Source of the DNA: a virus
Taxonomy: Duplodnaviria > Caudoviricetes
DNA length: 25,818 bases
Reading direction: 5' to 3' (one strand)
Virus record (IMG/VR): IMGVR_UViG_3300045955_000368
Location: 1-25,818 of that record
A program made the position numbers and the translations under genes. Each line of letters opens with the position of its first letter. Position 1 is the first letter of the stretch. Of this stretch, positions 15,723 to 23,092 are shown one piece after another. The notes beneath the pieces were generated by a model, which was not told the origin of the DNA, did no database searches, and saw only the letters and a list, made by a program, of their open reading frames with translations.

Positions 15723-16896
15723 CGCGCCGGACGTGTTGCTGGAGGATCCGGGCGACTTCGACGAAGCCCGCGAACCGGAGCCCGAGACGCCGAACGAACC
15801 AGCCACGCCCGACGAACCGCCGACGCATCGTGTCGTCTGCATGGCTGAGGGCTGCGGCGCGGCGGTGACGTACCGGCCGACGATCCTCGGCGGCGGATTC
15901 TTCGTGCTCGAGCGCGTCGGCATGGACCTCGAGGCGTCCCTCGGGATCGGGCTAAACGGACGCCCGATCTGCCCGGTCGAGGGGCACGGCGAGATGACGC
16001 TGGCGGACGAGCAGCTGCCAGCGGTGGAAGCGTTCGCCCAGGTGGCCGAGAAGCTGGACGCGCCGGTGCAGGGCGACCTGCCGGGCGTCTTCCCGGCGTT
16101 CAACTACCAGGGCTGCTACCTCGAACTGGAAGAGAAAGCGGCCGAAGTCAACGCGCTCCACGAGGAGTACCTCGAAGCCAAGGAGGCGGCGACCGACGCG
16201 AAGAAGGCCTGGGACAAGGCCGCCGAGCTCTACACGAAGATGGCGCTTGAATTCCGGCGTCGCCGGCAGGCGAAGGGCGATCTAGGGCCGACGCAGGCTG
16301 ATCCGCCGGCGCGCGCGCTGGTCTGCGTCTGGGACAAGGCGCACCCGGACGAGGCCTGCCCGCTCTGCCAGGGGATGACGAAGCCGGAGTCGATCGAGGA
16401 CTGGAACGAGATCGCCAACTTCTTCGGCGAAGAAATCCTGCCGAAGGACGCGCAGGGGCACATCGACCAGGCGCTCCGCTACAAGACGATGCTGGACATC
16501 CACGCGACGCTGTCGGCGCTCGACGAGGTCGTCTACGGCATCACGGAATCGGTGGTCTACGGCTGGTCGCCGGAGGACCGACGGGAGGTCCGCGACTGGG
16601 CCGATGCCGGGGCGAACCGCGCCGAGATCCCTACCGTGCTCGGATGCCCGCACGTTGCCGCAGAGGTCGATGACGGCGCGAAGGTGCAGGCCTGCGCGAC
16701 CTGCGGCGGCGTGCTGAAGCAGCTCGACGCGGACGACGAGACGTATCCGGCCGCGGCGCTCGTGCGCACCGACTGCGCCGGACCGGAACAGGACGGCCAC
16801 CGGTATCCGGAGCGCACGAAGAAGCAGCCGCGCGCGCGCGCGAAGACGGACAGCAAGGCGAAGGGCGGAAAGAAACGCGGGAAGGGGCGCGGGTGA
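15709..16896 (+). CDS. Acidic multi-Zn-motif hypothetical protein
   Basis: GGAGG RBS before ATG 15709; three Cys/His clusters, central coiled coil, basic tail. Confidence 0.8.
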   Translation: MHEADAPDVLLEDPGDFDEAREPEPETPNEPATPDEPPTHRVVCMAEGCGAAVTYRPTILGGGFFVLERVGMDLEASLGIGLNGRPICPVEGHGEMTLADEQLPAVEAFAQVAEKLDAPVQGDLPGVFPAFNYQGCYLELEEKAAEVNALHEEYLEAKEAATDAKKAWDKAAELYTKMALEFRRRRQAKGDLGPTQADPPARALVCVWDKAHPDEACPLCQGMTKPESIEDWNEIANFFGEEILPKDAQGHIDQALRYKTMLDIHATLSALDEVVYGITESVVYGWSPEDRREVRDWADAGANRAEIPTVLGCPHVAAEVDDGAKVQACATCGGVLKQLDADDETYPAAALVRTDCAGPEQDGHRYPERTKKQPRARAKTDSKAKGGKKRGKGRG

Positions 16897-17483
16897 GCGG
16901 TCTCGATCTCTTCGGCGATCGGAGCACGCTCGACACCGGCGAGCGGTCGGACTTCGACTTCTACGAGACGCCGGCCTGGATGACGCGGTCGTTGGTGCAC
17001 CATCACCCAGCGATCCGGGGTAAGCGGATCCTCGAATGCTGCTCCGGTCGCGATGCGATCGTGCGCGTGCTGCGCGACGAGTACGGCTGCACCGTGTTCA
17101 CGAACGACATCGACACGCGGCACCCAGCCGAGATGCACTGCGACGCGACGCAGGCGTGGTACTGGCGCGAGCACGCGCCCACGGTCGACTACGTGGTGAC
17201 CAATCCCGCCTTCGAGCCGGCGTTCGACATCCTGCGACATGCGTACGCGCACGCGCACGTCGGCGTGGCCTTCCTCGTCCGCAAGACGTTCCTCGAGCCG
17301 ACGCTGGATCGCGGGCCGTGGCTGCAGGAGCATCCGCCAATGCGCGCGATCGGCGAGCCGCGCTACTCGTTCCGCGGCGTCGGGAGCGACTCGGTCTCGT
17401 GCGATTGGTACGTCTGGAAGGATTGGATCACGGGCCTGCCGCCGTTCGTGATCGACTACGTCGCTGAACGCCGTGTCCGTTGA
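16893..17483 (+). CDS. Putative DNA N6-adenine methyltransferase
   Basis: DFYETP, ILECCSG (motif I), NDID, VVTNPAF (motif IV variant), FLE...R. Confidence 0.8.
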   Translation: MSGLDLFGDRSTLDTGERSDFDFYETPAWMTRSLVHHHPAIRGKRILECCSGRDAIVRVLRDEYGCTVFTNDIDTRHPAEMHCDATQAWYWREHAPTVDYVVTNPAFEPAFDILRHAYAHAHVGVAFLVRKTFLEPTLDRGPWLQEHPPMRAIGEPRYSFRGVGSDSVSCDWYVWKDWITGLPPFVIDYVAERRVR

Positions 17484-17496
17484 GAGAGGTGGAGCG

Positions 17497-17985
17497 ATGC
17501 CGAGAGGAGTACGGAAAGTCAGGGGGGGGGGCGTGTCTCAGCCATCGTCGTTGACGGACGCGATCGCCACGCTGGAGCAGACGGAGCGGTCGCTGGAGAC
17601 GCAGCTCGACGCCACGCGCGAGGCGATCGCGGCACTTCGGAAGGTTGCGGGCGTCGCGTCGAACGCCGAACCGAGACCGTCACCGAACGGCAGGCATCGA
17701 ACGGTCACGGTCGCGGCGACACCGCATCCGCGCGCGCCGCGTCAGGTCGACGACCATGTGCTCGCGCGTCGCGCCGCGATCTTACAGCTGATCGCAGGCG
17801 GGACGAAGGCGTTGTCGCTGCTGCGGGCAGGAGTTCCGCGCGCCGGCGGCATGAGCGCCACGCAGCACGATACCGCCGTCCGCAACACGCTGACGCGACT
17901 GCGCACGCAGGGCTTGATCGTCAGCGACGAGGATGGCTGGTCGATGACGCCGGCCGGCCGCAAAGCGGCGAAGGAGGCGCCCTGA
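17497..17985 (+). CDS. Coiled-coil plus C-terminal winged-HTH protein
   Basis: GAGGTGGAG RBS; VRNTL.RL...GLI.....WSMT.AG. Confidence 0.7.
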   Translation: MPRGVRKVRGGGVSQPSSLTDAIATLEQTERSLETQLDATREAIAALRKVAGVASNAEPRPSPNGRHRTVTVAATPHPRAPRQVDDHVLARRAAILQLIAGGTKALSLLRAGVPRAGGMSATQHDTAVRNTLTRLRTQGLIVSDEDGWSMTPAGRKAAKEAP

Positions 17986-17986
17986 C

Positions 17987-18274
17987 ATGCCCGCAGACAC
18001 CGAGCCGATCGTCGAAGAGGCGCTCGACGTGGACGACGCGCCCGACCCAGACGAGGCCAATCGACTGCGCCGGATCGAAGCGGCGACGCCGCCCGCGGGT
18101 ACGCTCGACGGGCAGCTGCAGCGGTGGCGCGACGCCGGGCGCGAAGCGCGCGAGCTCGATCTGGAAGTCGTCGACAACGGGACGATCCGGCGGCAGGGTG
18201 GCGGGGTCGCCGTCAGCTCGGGCCACATCGGCTCCAGCCTGGCGCCAGGGAGCGGCTTCCTGGTGAACAGCTGA
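17987..18274 (+). CDS. Hypothetical protein
   Basis: AAGGAGG RBS; stop overlaps next ATG. Confidence 0.7.
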   Translation: MPADTEPIVEEALDVDDAPDPDEANRLRRIEAATPPAGTLDGQLQRWRDAGREARELDLEVVDNGTIRRQGGGVAVSSGHIGSSLAPGSGFLVNS

Positions 18275-18690
18275 TGACCTCGAAGCCCTGCCCGCGCGTC
18301 GGACAGCCGCACTGCCTCGGCACGATCACCGATCGTGACGCGTGGCACCTCGCCCGACGGCGCACCTGCTCGAAGCGGTGCGCCTGGCACTGGAAGGCGT
18401 CGCGCGGCATCAGACCGCACGAGCACGTCACGCCGGCGGGGAGCGTCAAGCGGCGCGCCGGCGCCGTGAAGGGCGCACGGATCGCGGCTGATCGCCGGCA
18501 CCGGTCGGCTATGACGCGCGCCGTTTCGGCCTGCGCCGATCTCATCCCGGCGGAGTTCGAGCGGGAACTGTCGGCCCGCGCGCTGGCGCTGGTGAAGGCA
18601 TTGATCGGGCGCGGCTTCGAGCGGGGCCGGTTGAATGAAGTCAGGCGGCAGGATCTGATCCGGCGCCGGCAGAACGGAGAGGCGGCGTGA
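18274..18690 (+). CDS. Basic protein with N-terminal Zn finger
   Basis: TGATG overlap; C...C...RTCSKRC. Confidence 0.65.
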   Translation: MTSKPCPRVGQPHCLGTITDRDAWHLARRRTCSKRCAWHWKASRGIRPHEHVTPAGSVKRRAGAVKGARIAADRRHRSAMTRAVSACADLIPAEFERELSARALALVKALIGRGFERGRLNEVRRQDLIRRRQNGEAA

Positions 18691-19097
18691 GGATGATGTC
18701 CTTCGCCCTCACGACCGCGCAGGTCCAGGCCCGCACGAAGACGGTCACGCGGCGCCTCGGCTGGACGCACGCGACGGTCGGCGAATCCGCGCAGCCAATC
18801 GAGAAGGGCCAGGGCCTAAAGAAGGGCGAGACCGTCGCGCGGATCGGTGGGCCGATCGCCTTCGTCGACGTGCGCCGCGAGCGGCTCGACCGGATGACGA
18901 CGGACCTAGACTACGGGCGCGCCGAGTGCCTGCGCGAGGGATTCCCGGACCTCACGCCGGCCGCGTTCGTCGCGATGTTCTGCGCGTCGCATCGCTGGCC
19001 GGCGCTCTACGCGGACGGCGTGCTCGTTGAACCGAGTCGGCCGTGCTTGCCGGATGACGAGGTGACCCGGATCGAGTTCGAGTATCTGCCGGGATGA
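18687..19097 (+). CDS. ASCH/PUA-like domain protein
   Basis: MSF.....V...KTVTRR.GW, V..ERL..M, EGF...F...F, V.RIEF. Confidence 0.85.
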   Translation: MRMMSFALTTAQVQARTKTVTRRLGWTHATVGESAQPIEKGQGLKKGETVARIGGPIAFVDVRRERLDRMTTDLDYGRAECLREGFPDLTPAAFVAMFCASHRWPALYADGVLVEPSRPCLPDDEVTRIEFEYLPG

Positions 19098-19130
19098 CGA
19101 ATTACGCGTATCCGGTCAAGGAGTGAGCGC

Positions 19131-19865
19131 ATGAGAGACAACCTGTTCGACGAGAAGGACGGCAAGTTCGACGTCTACGCTGGGTGCGAGATTGGGGAGA
19201 CGATCCGGCAGGCTATTCAGAAGGCGACAAGCGAGAAGCGCGCGATCGCGTTCGACTTCAACGGCGTGACGGTGACGGTGGACGCCGAGTCGAATCACGA
19301 ACTGATCTACCGTGACTGGAATCGGGCGCTTCGCGGCTACATCGATAAGGTCATCGGGCCGAATCCAGCGCACACGCTGACGTCTGCCGACCTCACGCAC
19401 GACGCCGAAATCGAGGCGCAGAACGAAGCGCGGCGCGCGGCGGATGACGCCGTGTACGCCCGTCGTGCGGCAGAGAAGAAATCAGCCACGGACGCGCGAC
19501 TGGCGCAAGCGCCGCCGTTGGCGCTTTTGGATGCCGACGCATGGCAAAAGAGCAAGGACGCCAACAAGGACGGCTACGGCGGCGCGGTGATGACGTACGC
19601 CGAGCAGTGGGCGCGGCTCATGCAACTCGACATCGCGAACGGCTCGGCACTGGAGAGCATCGCGGAGGCGACGTCCTCCGAAGCCGACACGGAAGGCATC
19701 ACAGGGTTCATGTACGGCTGCGCGGTGTCCATCTTGGCGAAGTGCTGGCAGCACGGCGACCAGCTCCGGCGCTGGCACAACCTCAAGACGCAGATCCGAG
19801 ACGAAGGTGAGCGCGCGAACGAATCCGGCGGCGTGCTGAATCCAGCGCTGCTCAACATCGGGTGA
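19131..19865 (+). CDS. Hypothetical phage protein
   Basis: AAGGAG RBS; well-formed globular sequence (GITGFMYGCAVSIL..CW.HG..LR.WHN). Confidence 0.85.
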   Translation: MRDNLFDEKDGKFDVYAGCEIGETIRQAIQKATSEKRAIAFDFNGVTVTVDAESNHELIYRDWNRALRGYIDKVIGPNPAHTLTSADLTHDAEIEAQNEARRAADDAVYARRAAEKKSATDARLAQAPPLALLDADAWQKSKDANKDGYGGAVMTYAEQWARLMQLDIANGSALESIAEATSSEADTEGITGFMYGCAVSILAKCWQHGDQLRRWHNLKTQIRDEGERANESGGVLNPALLNIG

Positions 19866-20227
19866 CGGCCGTGACCCTTCCCTGCTGGCGAGAGCGGATC
19901 CAGGCGGTAGAACAGATTCTGGCTGACGCCGACGAGATCCGCAGTTCTTACGGATTCCTGCTTATGCGTTTGGCGGTGGCGAAGGACGCGCAGGACACTT
20001 ACGACGTGTGCAAGCGCGAGTTTCTGGACCACGAGGCCGCGCTGACGCGCTTGCAGGAGGCGTTCAACTTCGGCAGGCGGCAGCAGCTTCAGCAACAGCT
20101 CGCCTCCCTCTTAGCAGAGATCCCGCAGGGAGAAGAACAGAAGACCGAAGACAAGAACGATACGCGCGTGGACGGACACGGGCTCTCAGCGACGGCGGGA
20201 TCTACCGCGTCGAAGGAACGGAGATAG
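19862..20227 (+). CDS. Hypothetical protein
   Basis: GTGA overlap; helical core, tail runs through repeat element A. Confidence 0.6.
   Translation: MTAVTLPCWRERIQAVEQILADADEIRSSYGFLLMRLAVAKDAQDTYDVCKREFLDHEAALTRLQEAFNFGRRQQLQQQLASLLAEIPQGEEQKTEDKNDTRVDGHGLSATAGSTASKERR
20147..20209 (+). repeat. Bipartite repeat element, copy A
   Basis: GAAGACAAGAA-N5-CGCGCGTGGAC-N24-GGATCTACCGCG. Confidence 0.8.
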
Positions 20228-20234
20228 GTGACCG

Positions 20235-20513
20235 ATGATTCAGCGTGAAATCGTCGAGCAGATCATCATCGAGTGCGACCGCTGCCACGTCGGCCGCTTC
20301 ACTGGCGACTACGGCGAGACGCAAGAGGAGATCGTCATGTTCGCGCAGTCTCGCGGCTGGGAAGTGTACGACGCTCCCGGCATGACGAGGTGCCCGCGTT
20401 GCCTCTGCGCCGAGAAAGCACAGTCGGTGGGCGCGGTAGATCCACAAGGTGGATCAACCCCTGACGGTCCACGCGCGACAGATTCTTCGTCTTCATCTGA
20501 GGTGATCCAATGA
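20235..20513 (+). CDS. Small Zn-ribbon protein
   Basis: I.CD.C...A...GW.......CP.C; AGGTG RBS; tail runs through repeat element B. Confidence 0.75.
   Translation: MIQREIVEQIIIECDRCHVGRFTGDYGETQEEIVMFAQSRGWEVYDAPGMTRCPRCLCAEKAQSVGAVDPQGGSTPDGPRATDSSSSSEVIQ
20432..20494 (-). repeat. Bipartite repeat element, copy B (inverted relative to A)
   Basis: Minus strand GAAGACGAAGAA-N5-CGCGCGTGGAC-N23-GGATCTACCGCG. Confidence 0.8.
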
Positions 20514-21235
20514 TCGATCCTGTCCAGCCGCCCAGCCCGGAGGCGACCTGTCAGCGTTGCGGACGCGTTGTGCTCAGTGGTGGTGTCGTGGATGGCTGTC
20601 CACACTGCCTGACGGCGCCCAGCCCGGAGGCGATCGCGGCGATCCGCGCCCGGTTGGAAGTCGTGAAGTTGGCGCATCGTGCGAACACACTCAACGTGCT
20701 CGACCCGGAGCATAACGCGCAGTGGTCTGACGTTGAGGATCTCTTGGCCGCCCTCGACGCGCAGCAGGCCGAGATTGCCACGCTGACAGCCAGAGCCGAA
20801 CAGGCCACGCGCAACACGGAAGCCGTGCGGACGACCCTCTACGCTGAGATGCAGGAGCACGAGAAGGCCGCGGAGGCAGCCACCGCTAGAGCCGAGCAGG
20901 CGGAACGGGAGCGAGACGAGATCGCTGAGCGCAAGCTGTTCTCGCGGCGCAAACTTGAAAGCGATTTGGAGGCCGAACGCACCCAGCGGGAGCGGCTGGA
21001 GCAGGCGCTGAAGGAGATCGCTGCGCTGGCGACGGATTGCGCGGTCAAGGCTGCCGAGTCCCCGTTCTGTGCGCTCGGATTCAGGCAGATCGCAGGGTTG
21101 GCCGCCTCCCCTCTCCCGCAGGACGCCACGCCGTGCCACAAGGAAGCGCACGTTAGCCGCGTCTGCGAACGAGGCACGCCTGGATGTCGCGTGAAGCATC
21201 GAGCGCCGGACGCCACGACAGGAGATCGCGCATGA
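20510..21235 (+). CDS. Mosaic protein: Zn ribbon, Ead/Ea22-like segment, coiled coil
   Basis: GAGGTG RBS; CQRC..CPHC, AIRARL..DV..LLAALD, TARAEQA twice, C-terminal Cys/His cluster. Confidence 0.75.
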   Translation: MIDPVQPPSPEATCQRCGRVVLSGGVVDGCPHCLTAPSPEAIAAIRARLEVVKLAHRANTLNVLDPEHNAQWSDVEDLLAALDAQQAEIATLTARAEQATRNTEAVRTTLYAEMQEHEKAAEAATARAEQAERERDEIAERKLFSRRKLESDLEAERTQRERLEQALKEIAALATDCAVKAAESPFCALGFRQIAGLAASPLPQDATPCHKEAHVSRVCERGTPGCRVKHRAPDATTGDRA

Positions 21236-21426
21236 GCAAGAGGGACGCGTATCGCAAACGCCTTCAGGAGACGCATGACGAGTTGGACGCGTTCGCCCGC
21301 AATCTACTTGAAACGGCCGACGTGACGCTGACACAAGATGTCGAGGCCATCGCGGCGTGCGGCACGCTTCTACGGTATCTGGAGTTTCGATTACTGCAAC
21401 TGGTCGCGAAAGGCGGTGTCCGATGA
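21232..21426 (+). CDS. Small hypothetical protein (MSKRDAYRKRLQE...)
   Basis: AGGAG RBS; ATGA overlaps at both ends. Confidence 0.7.
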   Translation: MSKRDAYRKRLQETHDELDAFARNLLETADVTLTQDVEAIAACGTLLRYLEFRLLQLVAKGGVR

Positions 21427-21764
21427 CCGCGGATCGCGCCGCCCTCCGCCAGACGGTCCGAGATGCGCTCGCCGACTGTTTCAGCGACAGCGCGTGGGAC
21501 AAAGCGATCTGGCGGCAGGTCTCGGCCGCGTTCGACGGGGCGTGGCCAGAAGCGGCGCCGAACGTCGAAGGGGATCGCGCCGCCCTCCGGGAGCGGTTGC
21601 TGGAGATGGCGCAGGCGTGGCAATCGGGGAAGGTCGATCGACGTAAGCGCCTCGCGCACGACTGGGCGGATGCAGTTTCTGCGGCACTTGTTGAGGCAGC
21701 TGCCACCCTCGCCCTTCCCGCGTCCGAGGGAGCGCAGCAGACCGAGGAGACGAACAACCAATGA
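21423..21764 (+). CDS. Hypothetical protein with internal DRAALR duplication
   Basis: ATGA overlaps; exact 18-bp repeat at 21431-21448 and 21572-21589. Confidence 0.7.
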   Translation: MTADRAALRQTVRDALADCFSDSAWDKAIWRQVSAAFDGAWPEAAPNVEGDRAALRERLLEMAQAWQSGKVDRRKRLAHDWADAVSAALVEAAATLALPASEGAQQTEETNNQ

Positions 21765-21943
21765 AACGCCTTCCCGATCCCGAGCGGTGTCAGCGGTGCG
21801 GTTCGCTGGGGCGAGTCGTCGACAGCAAGAAGCGGATCGCCGGCTATCGTCGACGCGTGCATCAGTGCCGGGATCCGCGCTGTCGTCATCGGTGGGAGAG
21901 CTTTCAGACGACGATTCACCCGCGACGCGTCTACGCTGCGTAG
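21761..21943 (+). CDS. Ogr/Delta- or NrdR-N-like Zn-ribbon protein, candidate late activator
   Basis: CQRCGS..RVVDS......RR.HQC.D..C.H.W.SF; last gene before terS; GAGGAG RBS. Confidence 0.75.
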   Translation: MKRLPDPERCQRCGSLGRVVDSKKRIAGYRRRVHQCRDPRCRHRWESFQTTIHPRRVYAA

Positions 21944-22028
21944 GCGTCGAGTCTATCTGTATATACGACTGTGCTATGTGGAACATTTCGGGCGTATCCT
22001 GCGGCTGACCTCAACAGGCGAATGACCC

Positions 22029-22463
22029 ATGTCCTCATCGCGTAGCGCGAAGACAGCGCGGCCCCTCAGCGAACGCGAGCGGCGCTTCGTCGAAGCCTAC
22101 ATGGGCGAGGCGGCCGGCAACGCTACGAAGGCCGCCCTCATCGCCGGCTACTCACATCGCTCAGCCAGGTCGATGGCCAGCCGGTTGTTAACAAAGCGCA
22201 ACAACGTCCGGGCCGCCATCGCCGCCCGCGCGAAGACAGACGCCCTCGTCGCCAGTCGGGAGACCAGGCAGCGGTTCTGGACGTCGGTCCTGCACGGCAA
22301 GGGGAAGTTTGCGAAGGTGCCATGGCGCGACCGGCTGAAGGCGTCCGAGCTGCTCGGGAAGAGCCAGGGCGACTTCATCGAACGCCACGAACACACCGGC
22401 AAGGACGGCGGACCGCTGCGGGTGACGTTCGGTGGCCGCTACAAGCCGGAGGCGCAGTCGTGA
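22029..22463 (+). CDS. terS: Terminase small subunit
   Basis: LSERERRFVEAY...NATKAA..AGYS..SA...ASRLL; LKASELLGK; EHTGKDGGP. Confidence 0.93.
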   Translation: MSSSRSAKTARPLSERERRFVEAYMGEAAGNATKAALIAGYSHRSARSMASRLLTKRNNVRAAIAARAKTDALVASRETRQRFWTSVLHGKGKFAKVPWRDRLKASELLGKSQGDFIERHEHTGKDGGPLRVTFGGRYKPEAQS

Positions 22464-23092
22464 GCGAGACGTCGGCGGCCACCGTGCCCTTCGTCTGGAC
22501 CTACACCGGCGGCGATCCGTCGATGCTGTTGTTCACGCGGATGATCGAGCGTCAGCTCTGCCCGCTGTCGCTGCCGCTACCTGCCGCCTTCGGTCCAGTG
22601 CTGCTCGATCTCGGCTGCGCGGAGGAGGATTGGGTTGACCAGGCGCGCCGTCAGAACCCGACGCTCGAGGTCTACGGCCTCGACTGGCGGCTCGGTGGCC
22701 AGGATGCGAAGTCGCCGGACCTCTACCCGCCAGAGACGCTGAGCCTCATCGCCTGCCTCGGCGCCATCGAGCACTTCGGGCTTGGCTACTACGGCGACCC
22801 GAAAGACCCGTACGGCGATGTCCTCGCCGCGAGGAACATCGCACGCTGGCTCCTGCCTGGCGGCTACGCCTTCATCGACGTACCCTGGACGCCGAACGCG
22901 GAGCCGTTCGAGACGTTCCATTGGCGCTGCTACACGGACACGTCGCTGGCGCAGCGGTTGATTGCGCCCGGGATGGTGGAGGTCGATCGGTTCTACGCGC
23001 ACGCGCACACCCACGAGGTCTACGCAGGGCCACCGACGGAGCACGAGCACCCGTTCACGTACTGCGCGGTCCTGCTTCGGAAGCAGGGATGA
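22460..23092 (+). CDS. Class I SAM-dependent methyltransferase-like protein (DUF268-like)
   Basis: LLDLGC, YGLD, IEHFGLGYYGDP.DP.GD, L.PGG...I.VP; GGAGG RBS, GTGA overlap. Confidence 0.8.
   Translation: MSETSAATVPFVWTYTGGDPSMLLFTRMIERQLCPLSLPLPAAFGPVLLDLGCAEEDWVDQARRQNPTLEVYGLDWRLGGQDAKSPDLYPPETLSLIACLGAIEHFGLGYYGDPKDPYGDVLAARNIARWLLPGGYAFIDVPWTPNAEPFETFHWRCYTDTSLAQRLIAPGMVEVDRFYAHAHTHEVYAGPPTEHEHPFTYCAVLLRKQG

Noticed and set aside
14520-16103. 527-aa minus-strand ORF
   Set aside because: Antisense shadow of the loader, rusA and downstream genes; low complexity, expected in high-GC DNA
16209-16340. 12-bp repeat CTGGGACAAGGC twice, 120 bp apart
   Set aside because: Short, explained by a repeated WDKA peptide with constrained codons
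19098-19130. Possible third copy of the bipartite element (ACGAATTACGCGTATCCGG)
   Set aside because: Only a short ACGCG match and the second box is absent
20309-21919. 536-aa minus-strand ORF
   Set aside because: Antisense to a chain of coupled plus-strand genes with RBSs; Ser/Arg/Ala-rich with no motifs
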